Assembly (NCBI RefSeq): GCF_006345805.1
Contig: NC_043000.1
Coordinates: 28,768,001 to 28,832,000 of the forward strand
DNA: 64,000 bases
Reading direction: 5' to 3'
From: Octopus sinensis
Taxonomy: Eukaryota
The notes beneath the pieces were generated by a model. The model was not told where the DNA came from and made no database searches. It saw nothing but the letters and a program-made list of their open reading frames with translations. Shown here in pieces: positions 1-13,849 of this stretch (the stretch's first letter is position 1; every line of letters starts with the position of its first letter). The position numbers and the translations under genes are program-made.

Positions 1-234
1 TTTGTGCATTATTTCTGAGTTTTTTTAATTTTTACGAATAACTTATTATATGAACGTTTGTTTGTTTCTTATATTCTCCATATTCTCATATAGGTACATG
101 TATGTGGGTATGTATGCGCCAAGCATCTATTTCCAAATAAATGTATCTTTACCTTTTTGATGCGACTCGACTCTATACTGTTTTCTTCCTCCATCCTTCT
201 CTAATTCCCCTTTCTCTCCCTCCATCTTTCGCCG

Positions 235-720
235 TTTTCTAAGTCTAAACGAGGTGAACTGACGAACGGTGGAGGAACAAGCTTTGGCAGGAGACAGACA
301 AGAATGTGTCTGATCCCTGCAGCTGATCAGAAGGAAAGATACACAAGTAGGATATGAAAGATGGCCGATGGTCACGTGCGAGCGAGGAGTGAGCAAAGAA
401 GGGAGAGTGAGGGAGAGAGGGGACAGACAGTCACTGTCATGTTTTTGTCACCAATTTTGATCCTCCGCAAAATCGCAAATTTAATTTAATATGCTTTGCG
501 GGATCAACTGTTTTGTTGAAGGCGTATCTTGTCGTGAATTGCTCGAAATATGGAGCAGAAAACAGCCCAACTGATGAAGAGTCGTTATTTATGTTGCTTG
601 TCTTGTTTTCCATTTGTTTCTTTCATTGTTCGCAAAATAATTTTTCGTATTCCATTTTTCCGTATTTCGTATGTTTCATATTTCGTGTTGTTTACGTTCT
701 GTAACGTCCTGTATGTATAT
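235..720. mobile_element. Dispersed non-coding repeat (family G, probably PLE-terminus-like) with internal inversion
   Basis: 235-430 is the reverse complement of 20875-21030. 565-720 (AACTGATGAAG...TTTATGTTGC...GACGTCCTGTA) matches 21085-21230 and 44900-45045 in forward orientation. It ends in (TA)n. PLE assignment is inference. Confidence 0.45.
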
Positions 721-749
721 ACATACATATGCAAGTATGTACATATACG

Positions 750-780
<31 letters not shown>

Positions 781-798
781 ATATATATATATATTATA

Positions 799-847
<49 letters not shown>

Positions 848-900
848 CACATATATATATATAACACACACGCACGCACATATATATATATATATATATT
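715..900. repeat. (TA)n microsatellite tract
   Basis: Direct reading. Confidence 0.95.
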
Positions 901-1099
901 AATTACATTATTATATGATTGAACGCCACACCTATTCCTGTTCCCCGAGAATACAAGAAGTTCCGTTACTGAATTTGTTCTAGGTGGATAAAATATTGCA
1001 CAGTATTGAACTTTTCAACGCATTCAGTTATAACACCAATGGTACAACAGAGGTTGAGAAACTACACCCAGGTTTTTCAATTGAGCTTACCTTCTCCTA

Positions 1100-1142
<43 letters not shown>

Positions 1143-1154
1143 ATATATATATTA

Positions 1155-1570
1155 CTCTCTCTCTTTTACTTTTTTATTTGTTTCAGTTATTTGACTGCGG
1201 CCATGGTGGAGTACCGCCTTTAGTCGAGCAAATCGAACCCAGGACTTATCCTTTGTAATCCTAGTACTTATTCTATCGGTCTCTTATAACGAGCTGCTAA
1301 GTTACTGGGACGTAAACACACCAATGTCGGTTGTCAAGCGATATTGGGGGAGGGGGGTCAAACAGATACACAAACATATACGCACACATACATACACATA
1401 TATATACATATACGACGAGCTTCTTCCAGTTTCCCTCTACCAAAGCCACTCTCAAGGCTTTGGTCGGACCGAAGCTATAGTAGAAGACACTTGCCCAAGG
1501 TGCAACGCAGTGGCCTGAACCCGGGACCATGTGGTTGGTAAGCAAGCTACTTACCACACAGCCACTCCTA
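1155..1570 (-). mobile_element. tRNA-derived SINE, family A (CORE-like centre)
   Basis: Minus strand starts AGGAGTGGCTGTGTGGTAAG (A box), has a GGTTCAG B-box-like motif, then CTTGGGCAAGTGTCTTCTACTATAGC, an internal microsatellite and an AAAAGAG tail. More than 12 copies in the window. Confidence 0.85.
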
Positions 1571-1579
1571 TATGCTTAA

Positions 1580-1669
<90 letters not shown>

Positions 1670-2862
1670 AACATATAATGAAAATGGTTGTTTTACATAA
1701 CAGGCTAACTTTTGCTAAGCAGCGGGATACAGTCAATATAGCGACTCAAATATATATGTCGTACTTCCTTATTGTCGAAGACATGGATTTCAAACTCAAC
1801 TTTATTAATTCCTTAAATTTAAAATGATTACTAGCATTAGTAAATCTGGTAAGGTTACTTTTTTTTAATCCATTGCTCCGCTGTTTATGCCAACCCACCG
1901 CTTTGTAGCGTTGAGGAATTCCATTTCGAAAGAATTTTTCACCAACATATGAATCATTCAAAATTATAAACAAAAATCGTTTCCTTCCTCTTTTATTTCC
2001 AAAATTATCTCGGGAATTATAAGATAAAGACCTCTAAAATTGGTCAGATTTAATATAATGTCTTCCAAGTATCGACACCATTAAAATTTTCTCACTCTCA
2101 AATATTTTAAATTTGCCATCATTCGTCACTTTAGTGAATCGATAATTGTGAACAATTCCCCATCCGACCATTTTCTGTTGGCGTTTAACAACGAATAAAA
2201 TTGAGTCTAAACAAAACAAATATAGCGGGCGAAAATATTTTGATAATAGTGTCAAATTAAAATTAAAGAGACAAAGTATCTTACATTAATATTGTGCTGT
2301 AGGCGAATCATTTTAATCGGTTAGATATAATATAGAAATATCTTTCATCAAAATATATTTTACAACTCACATTTATTTTCATTTAAGAAACGTTGATAAT
2401 GGAACTTGGAAGACCGAATCTAGGTACAAGACTCTCGGAGCTAGTAGATGAAGCCCTTTGGTTAATTGAACACTACAATGAGGCCCTTGGATGCCTATAT
2501 TAAATTACAAGAAAACAAAAAGGAAAGTCAAGGCTGCAATACTTTTGATACAAGGTCTGCTCACTCAAGGATGAGACCTTGAGTTAAACAATAATGAAAA
2601 AGATCAATTCTAGCTATTACTGAATTAGCTGTGGTAGAAACCAAAATTTCAGAAATTAACTTCAGAATTACAGTAAACGGTAATGTTCAACCATCAGTTT
2701 TGGAAATCTGGAAAATATTTCAAGGATACGGCTTTCCTTGCTCAACTAATCTATAATTACAAAGTGTTGATAAAACTCGAGTATAAAAATTTGGATGTTG
2801 AAATTCTTCTGTGCCTCGTGATTCTGAAGTCAATTTCTGAAATTTTGGTTCTGACACAGCTA

Positions 2863-4120
2863 TTAGGTTGTTCTGAAAATAATGACCGCTCTACGTGTTG
2901 TGTTTTGAAACGCAATTTTATCATAGTATTTTAATTACACTTTAGATGAATTTCGACATACTTAACAATTAATGTATGGCCTTTAATCAGTTTCTACTTA
3001 TTTCAGACAGAAAAAATTCTTGAAGCATAGGCGCCCTTAATTATGAACATAACAAAAAATGGACCTTGGCTTACTTTTCTTACATGAGTTCAAGCTTGAG
3101 CACAATGCCTCCCAAACTGCTGTCAACATCAACAGAGCATGGGTAGAGGGGCCACAAGTGATCGCACAGTACGAAGGTGGTTTCAGAAATTCCGTAGTTG
3201 GGATGAGAGTCTTGAAGCTGAAGAACGTAAAGGACGGTCATACAATTTTGACATTGAAAAATTGAAAGCAATTGTTGAACAAAACCCAATCAAAGTGTCA
3301 GAGAAATGACTCAGACACTTGGTATTGGTATCGCAACGGTCTCACGCAATCTGCAGAATATTGGTAAGGTGAAAAAGCTCGATAAATGTGGTACTGCATG
3401 ATGAGCTCAATGAAAATAAAAAAGTTCGGCTTTTTGAAGTGTGCTCGATGCTCTTTCTGCGAATAATCACTTCTGACGAAAAGTAGATCTTTTATGATAA
3501 CCGTAAACGACCAGATCAATGGCTTGATCGTGATGAGTCCCCCAAATATTTCCCCAAAGCCAAAGTTGCATCAGCAAAAGATTATGGTGACTGTCTGGTG
3601 GTCTGCAATTGGTGTTGCCCATTACAGCTTTCCGGAAGCCAATCAGAGCATTACAGCAGAGGTTTAGTACAATCAACTCTTGAAATGCATGCTCACTTGC
3701 AAAAAATGAGACCTGCATTGGTGAATCGGCGTGGTCCAATTCTGCTCTATGATAACGCAAAGCCACATTTTGCATCAATGACGCTGCAGAAACTCACAGA
3801 CTTAGGATACGAGACTTTACCACATCCTCCATATTCTTCTAATCTTTCACCCATTGGCTACCATTTTTAAGCATTTAAACACGTTTTTAAGTGTTAAAAC
3901 TTTCAGATTCAAACCAGAGGTGGAATCAGCTTTCAAAGATTTTAAAGTATCAAAGCCAATAAGTTTTTATCAATGAGGCATAAATAATCTCGTTGATCGA
4001 TGGCTGAAATGCATAGATGTTCACGGCTCATATTTTGACTAATCAAAACATTTCTATTGTTAATTTTTCCAGAATAAAACTATGTTTCTGAAATCGGCCA
4101 CTATTTTCGGAACAACCTAA
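2863..4120 (+). mobile_element. Full-length mariner DNA transposon (dead)
   Basis: 25-bp TIRs TTAGGTTGTTCTGAAAATAATGACC (2863-2887) and 4096-4120 match at 22/25. TA on both sides (2861-62, 4121-22). Length 1258 bp. Confidence 0.95.
3043..4042 (+). pseudogene. Mariner transposase pseudogene (frameshifts and stops)
   Basis: Motifs ITSDEK*IFYDN, YDNAKPH and HPPYSSNLSPIGYHF. The third catalytic D (PSDY-type) reads G. Ends SYFD*. Confidence 0.93.
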
Positions 4121-4154
4121 TAATTCGGTAATAGGTTGAATTTATCTTTGTTGT

Positions 4155-4350
4155 TTTTGTTTAACCCAAGGTCTCATCCCTGAGTGAGCAAACCTTGAGT
4201 CAAAAGTATTGCAATCTTGACCTTTCATTTTTTTTTTTTTTTTTGCTTTCTAGTAATGTAATATATGTGTTCCTTATTCGAGACGATAGATAATGAATTG
4301 GAAAGATATCTTGCTGGTATTTCTAACATATCGAATGTATGTAAGAGGAA
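4155..4350. mobile_element. Old dispersed SINE-like repeat, family D
   Basis: Degenerate matches to the TTTAGCCCCAGGTCAGCC...GACCTATGATCAAA motif, also seen near 4890-5350, 27610-27780, 32050-32230 and 37205-37260. Confidence 0.45.
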
Positions 4351-4915
4351 GATATTGTACATCTCAACGTGTCTGTGTATAGACTACATGTTAAATTTCT
4401 AACATATTTACTTACGCTTATATTTTCATTAATGGCTTGCATGTTATCTGTCTTTTAAAAATTCTTCGGATTATCAAAAATTTGGGGGTCCTATAAAGAA
4501 TGAGCTGGAATCTAACAAACAGTCGAACTTCCATATCTAGAATCTCCCTAAAAGCATCAGTAAACTTTCATGCGTTGCATTTTACAAAAGACTCGCATAT
4601 TTTCACTGTACCGTTTACAGATTGTGTTTGTAAAGTGCATGCTCACATATTTAGTCGCATAGCCAAGTGTAACAATAACGGAAAATAAAAATGTAAATTC
4701 ATAAATTAGACAGAGAAATGATAGATGCCGAAGCTGTTTACGTGTTCTATTTTACCTTGGTTTCAAAGAAATACTCACCTGAGCAGGACACCTCACCTTT
4801 ATGATTATATATTATTGTTTTTCTGTCCCTAATATCTATATAAAAATCAGTTATTATTGTCATTGTTCTTGTTATTCTTGGTGTTATTTAAACCTAGGTC
4901 AGCCGTCTTCTAGAA

Positions 4916-5192
4916 CAGTGCTACTCGAAGCGGTGGACCGCAGACCGGTGCCGGGAGAGGCCAGTTACCAGAAAAGAAAGACACATTATAAAATGCTTAT
5001 AAAATGCTTATGTAATATTGTATTATTTGTTTACAAGATAAATTCAAGATAAATAATTGTCAGCTTTTATTATATTCATTATATATATTGTTTCTGGTAT
5101 AAGTTACTGTTACTGAGAAATATTACCGGTCCCTGGCACACTGGAAAAAAGAAACCACCGGTGCGCCACATCAGATAGTTTGAGAAACACTA
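4916..5192. mobile_element. hAT (Charlie-like) MITE inserted into a family D copy
   Basis: Perfect 8-bp TSD TTCTAGAA (4908-4915, 5193-5200). Termini CAGTGCTACTCGAAG and TTTGAGAAACACTA. Family D sequence continues on both sides. Confidence 0.85.
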
Positions 5193-5769
5193 TTCTAGAA
5201 GACCTATGATCAAATGTATTCCATCCGCGACCTCCCCGACTTTCTCTACGTGCAGGAAATCCAGGACAACAACATTACCCGATGTATTTTTTGTATTCTT
5301 AGGTGTGATTTGAGGGAGATGAGAATATAATTTTCAGGAGATCATTTCAGGCACATAGAGACGTCTTTGTTGGTTCGCCATGCTTGTTCTATTTCGATTT
5401 ACCGGAAATTTTAGTCAGAATATCACACTATTGTATTCTAGAACTGAAACATATCTCTTTTCCTCTTTCCCACTCTATTCACCTCCTTCTCATCCTCTCT
5501 TCTTCTTCTCTCTCTCTCTCTCTATCTTTGTCTCACTCTTTCTTTCCTCTTCTTCTCCAACTACATGTGTTTTGTCTTTCGTTCTCTCACCCCTTTATTC
5601 TCCCATGTGCTTACTTACTCTCTCATTCCCCCTCTCTTTCGCAATAGCTCCTACTCCACTCCGACGCAACATCACCAAATAAAATGTATTCATATATATT
5701 TATCTCGTACAAGATATTAAATTTCAGTGTTCACTGGAAATTCTGAATACAATTTCCATAACTCAAAAA

Positions 5770-6107
5770 CCCGTAGACATATATATCGCACACATACACA
5801 CAGATAGACACATACAATCGAACAGACACACACACACAGTAATGTATGTATATAAACAGTTACAGACATACAGACAGATTAATGTACAAGCGAATATATA
5901 GATTCATATATACATATATACATCGATGCACACACGCATATATATACAAGCAGACATTCACATACACACACATACACACAAGCACACACATATATCTATA
6001 GATGTGTGTGCATGTGTGTGCATGTGTGTTGCATTTGCATACAAGGACACGGAAACATAACCACAAATAGTGCATAAATATCTAAGCAGACAAACGTCAA
6101 TATACAT

Positions 6108-6142
<35 letters not shown>

Positions 6143-6411
6143 CATACACACGTATATTTTTGTGTGTATGCGTGTGTGTCATGTGTACAATATGCGTGTT
6201 TGTACGCGCGCGCGCACACATTCCGAGACCGAAAGCAAGTATGCAAGAAACGCATAAATACATGATTACACGCGCACGTGCACAAGGATTGAAATATATG
6301 TACACACATGTGCATGAAGTGTGTTATTTGTTCATGCTTCGCTGTATGCATTTCAGCGTGAGTAGGTGTATAACTGTGTATCTATGTGTGCATATGGAAA
6401 TACATATATTC

Positions 6412-6446
<35 letters not shown>

Positions 6447-6529
6447 ATATATATATTATATATATAACAGAGATGAGAGAAGAGATAATACATAAATACA
6501 ATATATATTAACCCATATATATATTATTT

Positions 6530-6560
<31 letters not shown>

Positions 6561-6628
6561 TACATATATATGTGTGTGTGGTGTATATATGTATATATAT
6601 ATGTATATATATATATATATATACATAC

Positions 6629-6665
<37 letters not shown>

Positions 6666-7010
6666 TAAATATATATATATATACATACATATATATTATA
6701 TATATTATGTATATGTATATATATAATATATAATATACATACATATATATATATATATATGTATGTTATATGTATATATATATATATATATATAATATAT
6801 ATATATATACTCATTACACAGATCATACATACATACATACATGCATACTATATAAATACATATATACATATTTATATGTGTGCAGCAGCGTGTAAAAGCG
6901 TTGTTAGCTGTTTTGTTTGAGTGATTTGTGAGTTGCATTCTTTATTGTATATTCCCAAGCTTTCTCACCTCGTATATGTGTGTATACATGCGTATATACA
7001 CGAGTGTGCG
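5770..7010. repeat. Compound (CA)n/(TA)n/(CT)n microsatellite region
   Basis: Direct reading. Confidence 0.9.
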
Positions 7011-8669
7011 TGGTGATATGTAGCTGCGTGTTTCCGTAAATATGAATTCATACAGAAGGAAACACATTTTCTTCTACGTGTAGACACTCTTCTTCATAAA
7101 CCCACTGACTTCCATTAATATACAGGGACACACGCCTGTAATTAAACACCATTGTGCTTATATCTCTACATTAAATCGACCTAGTAGATATAACCTCTAC
7201 ATATAAGTATAAATCTCTGTTTGTGCACGTAATCTCGCCAAATAAACTCCTGTTGTTAACGAACACTCCGCAAGTAAACTCCACTTGTAGAGAAAACGTA
7301 CCTCAAATAAACTTTATTTGTGCACATTACACATTCATTCACATATTTCGCTATACAAACGAGTGTATACTCACTCATACGGACACGTTTATATATCAGT
7401 ATATAGGCGCACAAGTAAACGCAAGTTCGTTTTATATACACTTGAATCATGTTTGAAATGAATTCATGCACACACACACACACAGACACACACACATGCA
7501 CACACACACCGAGCAAATGAGGAAGAGAGAGTCCTTTACAGAAACGCAGTGGCCGCCATTATTGTGATGTTGGAAACATGGATATAATTGGAGAAAACCA
7601 CGCCAACGTACTGAGACACACACACGCAAATACACATGGCTACACATACATACAGTTCGTTTTGCAAATGTTACACACACATGGTAGCAAATATAGATTT
7701 ACAAAACACACGCGTGAGCTCACACATTCATTTGGAAAGGCACACATTTCTTCCCCCTCTCTTTGTGTATCGATCTTTCTTTCTCTTTATTGATCTGTCA
7801 GCCTGTTTCTCTAGTTATTTCTATATCAACCTCTATTCATATATACATATATACATACATACATTACATATATATTATAATATATATTAATACATACCTA
7901 TATTATATAATATACATACATACAATATATAATATAATATATATATATATATATCGCTCACAAACGCAAACACACAAACAACGTAATATATACACTTACT
8001 CATACACCCACTCAAAACCATCGATGTCAGCAATATATTTCACACTGATCTCCCAAGCGAACACAGATTGCTGACCATAAAATCAAAGTTCAACAGCCTA
8101 GAGAAGAATGAATGTTGATAAGATTCGCCATAAAAAGGTTCGTTGATTCCTGTCGTAATTTTCTCGCAAGCATTATCACAACACTGTTTCCGGAGGAAGC
8201 TTCTCTCTAAGGTATACACTATGCAATAGAAAGAGAGAGAAATAACGACAGAGAGAGAGGAGAGACAGAGAGAGGAGGCTTCGCTGATTGGAAAGGAAGC
8301 AGGTCTCGTAAATATTGTGAATACAAATTCAGAAATCATAACTCTGTTTCTTATTCTTATCCGGGGATCACGCTTCCGTTACCGCGTCATATCCATGTTT
8401 GACAGAGCTGATCCTCATAAAATAATTGCAAAAATAACAAATAAGCCGCTGTGTCGTTTAAATACAATTTAATATACACGGCTACGTGGCTACACACCGA
8501 TTCATTCTCGTACACGTTCACAGACGTACATGCATATAAGCTGATAAACAGACAGAGAGACAGATAGAAGGACTTCAGTTAACGTTGCTAATGTAGCAGA
8601 TGTTAACCAAAGGAATGTGGATTCGATCCATGCAATGATTTATTTTCCTTTTCATTATTGCCCTTTGTT

Positions 8670-8985
8670 GAAGGCGGTGAGCTGGCGGAATCGTTAACGC
8701 GCATTTCGCCCGTTTTTACATATTAAGTTCAAATTCCGCCGAATTCGTCTTCGCATTTCATCCTTTCAGGGTCGATAGAATAATTACTGAGGTTCTTGTA
8801 ATCGACTAACCCTTGAATATTGGGCCTTGTCCCTATAGTAGAGCTGATTATTTTCCTTTGTTAAAAGAACTTCCAGTATTTGCGGTCCTTTACGTTCTGT
8901 GTTCAAATCCTGCCGAGACCGGTTTTGCATTTCATCCTTTTGGGTTTGTCATAATAAAATACCTGTTGAGAGTACTGCAGTCAAT
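8670..8985 (+). mobile_element. Two degenerate family B tRNA-SINE copies
   Basis: GGCGGTGAGCTGGCGGAATCG (A box), AGTTCAAATTCC (B box) and the central TTTCATCCTTTCAGGGTCGAT domain. Confidence 0.75.
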
Positions 8986-9010
8986 ATAACCGACAACACT
9001 CTACTAACAC

Positions 9011-9612
9011 TTCTTAATTCTTCATTGCCCACAAGGGGCTACACACAGAGGGGACACACAAGGACAGACAAACAGATTAAGTCGATTATATCAACTCCAG
9101 TACGTAACTGGTACTTATTTAATCGACCCCGAAAGGATGAAAGGCAAAGTCGACCTCGGCGGAATTTGAACTCAGAACGTAGCGGTAAACGAAATGCCTA
9201 TTTCTTTACTACCCACAAAGAGCTAAACACAGACAGGACAAACAAGGACAGACAAACGGATTAAGTCGCTTATATCGACCCCAGTGCGTAACTGATACTT
9301 ATTTAATCGACCACGAAAGGATGAAGGGCAAAGTCGACCTCGACCTCGACGGAATTTGAACTCAGAATGTAGCGACAGGCGAAATACCTATTTCTTTACT
9401 ACCCACAAGGGGCTAAACACAGACAGGACAAACAAGGACAGATAAACGGATTAAGTCGCTTATATCGACCCCAGTGCGTAACTGATACTTATTTAATCGA
9501 CCCCGAAAGGATGAAGGGCAAAGTCTACCTCGACCTCGACGGAATTTGAACTCAGAATGTAGCGAGAGGCGAAATACCTATTTCTTTACTACCCACAAGG
9601 GGCTAAACACAG
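9011..9612 (-). mobile_element. Tandem array of head-truncated family B SINE units (190-bp period)
   Basis: Junctions at 9200/9201, 9390/9391 and 9580/9581, all AAAGAAA|TAGG(T/C)ATTTCG on the minus strand. Confidence 0.88.
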
Positions 9613-9704
9613 AGTTAATGAGTGCTAAACACAAGTTAATGAGTGCAAAACAAAATAGGAATTTTAAAAGAAATATCTATAAAACAAGCTTTGAAACACT
9701 GAAT

Positions 9705-9762
9705 ACCTTTGGGGTCCACCAGAATAGTGGTTCATAGGTAAAGCATGTTTGAGAACCACTAG
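9705..9762. mobile_element. hAT-MITE-like terminal fragment
   Basis: GGGGTCCAC...GTTTGAGAACCACTAG resembles the right terminus of the 4916-5192 MITE. Confidence 0.4.
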
Positions 9763-10301
9763 TCTGTCGTGTTATTGACTGGATACGTGCTTAGGTTCCC
9801 CTTTAAAAATAGGTAGAAAAAGAAACTAACCAAATGATGACGTTCAGTTTCAAATACAGACGATAGACATTTTTCATCCATCTCCTCTCACCTCGCGTTA
9901 TAAATTTCCAGACTTGTGCATGCGAGAGGAATCGATATTATTTATCAATAGACAAAACAAAATCAATATTACTCAACTGTGGAATTGAGTGTAATATTTG
10001 GTTGAAGTTTCAAAGGTAAATAAACAAAATAATCTGTTGTGTGATGATGGACACGGTTCATTACTCTCAGAAAATTTGCCACGATCAATGAGCAAGTTAC
10101 GACAATGAAGTCTCTATATTTTATCATTACACAATTGTAAACCTTTCAGCAGAGACCGAGAACAGATTAGGCTAATTATAGACTCAATGTCTAACAACTA
10201 CCTTTCGTTAAAAACTATTCAGCTATTTACGTGTAAATCTTATTGACAGATAGTTAGTCATCCATGGCCGACTTGGTGAAATAATGGGTTTAAATATACA
10301 T

Positions 10302-10357
<56 letters not shown>

Positions 10358-10876
10358 TATATATTATATATATATATATAATATCGTGCTTTCTTTGTGA
10401 ACAATAGCGTCGTCGGTTGTAGGTTTTTAACTGGCTTACCACCTTAAAGATAGCAGGAATATCAACGGCACAACAGTCTACCTCGGATAGATTGATACCA
10501 CGTGGTATTTCTGTACGAAGGCATTGGGCTTTTTATTGAATTTACTGGTATGTTATCAGTATGTATATATGTACATACATAAACAAACTTCAAGTGAAGA
10601 TTTTGTAACTTAAAACTTCTAGGCATCAATCAAGCCGATGTTATGTTAATGAACACTTTCCTAAGGTACTGCGTAATGAAATCGAACCCATAATTGCTAG
10701 GTTGCAAAGTGAATTTCTTAACCACACTGCCTCGTCTGCACTTGCGTCGTGTCCCTATACGTAACTTTTAAATGGTAAAAAATGAGAACACCACTGTAGA
10801 TCTGCATCGGCAAAATTTATACAGAGAACATTCTGAGTTTAGAATTTCTGTGCGGAATGAGAAATCCTGCGTGTCT

Positions 10877-11180
10877 AGGCGAGCTGGTAGAATCGTTAGC
10901 ACGCCGGGCGAAATGCGTAGCCGTATTTCGTCTGCCGCTACATTCTGCTTGTCCCCTCTGTGTGTAGTTCCTTGTGAGTAGTAAAGAAATAGGTATTTCG
11001 TCTGCCGCTACGTTCTGAGTTCAAATTCCGCCGAGGTCGACTTAACCTTTCATCCTTTCGGGGTCGATTAAATAAGTACCGGTTACGCACTGGGGTCGGT
11101 ATAATCGACTTAATCCGTTTGTCTGTCCTTGTTTGTCCCCCTCTGTGTGTAGCCCCTTGTGGGCAGTAAAGAATTAAGAA
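10877..11180 (+). mobile_element. Family B SINE dimer
   Basis: First unit has a full head and an internal deletion. Junction AAAGAAA|TAGGTATTTCG at 10989/10990. Second unit runs to the tail. Confidence 0.85.
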
Positions 11181-11295
11181 ATCCTGCGTTTTTAGTCTGC
11201 CCTTTTTTTCTGCAGAGGATGTAATATTATTTTTATTTTGGTAATGACAGGACTGTCCCTTCATGCTAGTATTTCTTTTCTTTTTCGCCCTTTTC

Positions 11296-11586
11296 AAACC
11301 TTGCCAGGCTCATGGGCCCGGTTTCCTAGTTTCTGTGGCGTATGTGTTCCCGCCAACTGGACATGATGTCAGTCTATCGCAGCGTTACTCAAGAAATAGG
11401 AAGAGAGAGTGAGAGAAAGTTGTGGCGAAAGAGTACAACAGGGGTCGCCACCACCGCCTGCCGGAGCCTCATGGAGCTTTTAGTTGTTTTCGCTCAATAA
11501 ACACACAACGCCCGGTCTGAGAATCGAAACCGCGATCCTCCGACCGCGAGTCCGCTGCCCTAACCACTGGATCATTGCCCCTCCAC
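11296..11586 (-). mobile_element. tRNA-derived SINE, family C (tail type C1)
   Basis: Minus strand GTGGAGG...CAGTGGTTAGGGCAGCGGACTCG...GGTTTCGATTCTCAGACCGGGCG. Homolog at 36211-36499. Confidence 0.8.
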
Positions 11587-11802
11587 TCATGTTAGTATAC
11601 TTGTGGCATACTAACATGAGGGGCCAACTTGCAACTCTCAGCGATGTACCACTGTAAATTTAACGAGATTTTTCATCAGTATAGAGAAATAAGTTCAATT
11701 CCTTCGATGTTTACAATATCTATTGTTTCATTTTATGGTTTAAGGAAGCAATGCGAGCATCAACAACCTTGTTTTACCGTTATTCAAGACCTACAAGAAG
11801 AG

Positions 11803-12576
11803 ACGAAAGGATTTACACTAAAACCGTAGACCTGGCCTGATTGCTGGCAACAGAATAAATTCTCCTCTCACTGAATACACCTATGAAGCAGATTCTGGTG
11901 TTAACAGCGCAACGGATTAAATTAACCCACCCCTTGGCGGGTGGTAAACGTAAAGTTCATCACCACCTAACGTGGCTTAAATTACTTTATATGAAGAGAA
12001 TATCTAAGTGATTTGTTTACCGACGAATATGATAGGAGACACACACTTTGTAGACGGACCAATATATAAATATAAAAAAACAATAAAATGTATTCTCTAT
12101 ATTTAGGATAACATCTCTGCTGTTTAAACTTCTAAACAGCACGTACATTTCCAGTTCACTTGCTTCACAACCAATTCAAGATATTCTTATCTCTTCTGCT
12201 TTCAGTTGAACGGTGCGAGACGATGAATAATGGCATTTTTTCTAGTACATAGCACAGCGCAAGCAATACTTCACCATCTGAGGGGGTGGCCGTTGTTAAG
12301 GAGTGTTGTTTTTCAGTTGACCCTATCCATTTCTAATTATAAACTGCAATAAGTTTCCAATGAGAAGTCTCTTAAGTTTATTGCTGAACATACTAGAAAT
12401 GGCAACCAAATTTCATCAAATCACAACTAGTATTTTAAGGAAAAGACTGGATGGTCAACGCATGTTTTACATTTTATCATAGAACGAAAGGGTTTGCGCT
12501 CAAACCGTAGACCTGGCCTGATTGCTGGCAGCCGAATAAACTCTCCTCTCACTGAATAAACCTATGAAGTAGATTC
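11803..12576 (+). repeat. Pair of 93-bp direct repeats (11803-11895, 12484-12576)
   Basis: Both read AAACCGTAGACCTGGCCTGATTGCTGGCA...CTCCTCTCACTGAATA.ACCTATGAAG.AGATTC. Confidence 0.85.
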
Positions 12577-13036
12577 ATATGTATCACAGGTCTTTCTATT
12601 GGAGTTTGAATAATGGTTCCAAATTTTGGATCTAGGCTAGAGATGTCAGTAGAGAGAAAATGTCGTTCGCACATTAACGATTCTTCAGCTCAATTATAAT
12701 GAGTAATAAATTACATACTAAAGAAGATAAAGGTCCTCATTCTGAAGAGCTTAAGTCTAACTAAAAGCTGTTTGCTTACATAGCCGGCTTTAGTATTTGT
12801 ACTGGAGACTAAATGATATAGTGCATATGTATATGAAGTTTGGTATAGAGTTTAGTATTGACGTCTACAAAAGAAAACTCTAAAAGTCCTGGCGCCGGTT
12901 TCTCTGTATGCTTGAGAAATTCACTTAGAATTCACATGGCCCCAGTTACGATCACACAGCACTGTACCTTATGGATGTGGCTTTTACCAATACAGTCTGT
13001 GTTACAATTCGTAACCGGAAACTATGCAAGAGCTAA

Positions 13037-13112
13037 TTGTATACATACACATACGTGCTTGTATACATACACATACGTGCTTGTATACATACACATACGT
13101 GCTTGTATACAT
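13037..13112 (+). repeat. 22-bp minisatellite, about 3.4 perfect copies
   Basis: Unit ATACATACACATACGTGCTTGT at 13041, 13063 and 13085. Confidence 0.95.
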
Positions 13113-13435
13113 CCATGGATATAGATATAGATATATAGATATTAATATCCATATAGTATATATATATAATCAAAAAAAGCAACAAGTATATCTTCGGTAA
13201 TTTGGTACGATCGTTTCATGCTACGTCATTTTATTAAACATTGTAAGTATTACATTAGTTTTAAAATGTTGAGCAATCTTCAGACATTTATAGAAGTCTT
13301 CCATCAAACGGACAATATATATACTTATTTCCATTTCGTTTGCCAACATTATAAAAGTCTGGTGCCTCTGAGTTAAGTACCATATTCATTTGAATCTAAA
13401 TTTTGATGAATTTATATATATTTATATCATTCGCC

Positions 13436-13621
13436 ATGATAGATCGCTAGCCACTACACATTCTTTATTTTCCCTCCTTGTTTCTTTCTGTGTTCCTTTA
13501 TTTGGAAGAGCGTAGACTCGAAACGTTAAAGACTTTCTCACTTCCCACGCGTTAAACTAATACATCTATTTGTTGTCTACACCACCTGTCTTCGTATTTT
13601 GTTCTTTTTGTGAATTCTCCC
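13436..13621 (+). mobile_element. About 200-bp HHR-bearing short element, family H (copy 1)
   Basis: ATGATAGATCG.TAGCCACTACAC start, GAAGAGCGTAGACTCGAAACGTTAAAGAC centre, CTCCC+(TA)n end. Homologs at 14777-14973 and 30640-30836. Confidence 0.8.
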
Positions 13622-13785
13622 TATATATATATATATTATATATATATATATATATAACATAATGTATGTGTATATAAGTATGTACGTAAGTATAATAATG
13701 ATGTCAATAAACAAAACATGCTTAGGTTTGTTATATAAAAAATATGCACACGTGTGTGTGTGTATGTGCGTGTGCGTGTGTGTGT

Positions 13786-13849
<64 letters not shown>

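Noticed and set aside
571-600. CTGATGA/CTGAAGA in family G (571, 21089, 44907) as hammerheads
   Set aside because: No GAAA plus NUH with pairing stems in the required order, for either type I or permuted forms.
1480-1570. SINE heads as tRNA genes
   Set aside because: A and B boxes only, no full cloverleaf, always attached to SINE bodies.
10495-10508. 14-bp palindrome ATACCACGTGGTAT
   Set aside because: A few such palindromes are expected by chance in 64 kb.
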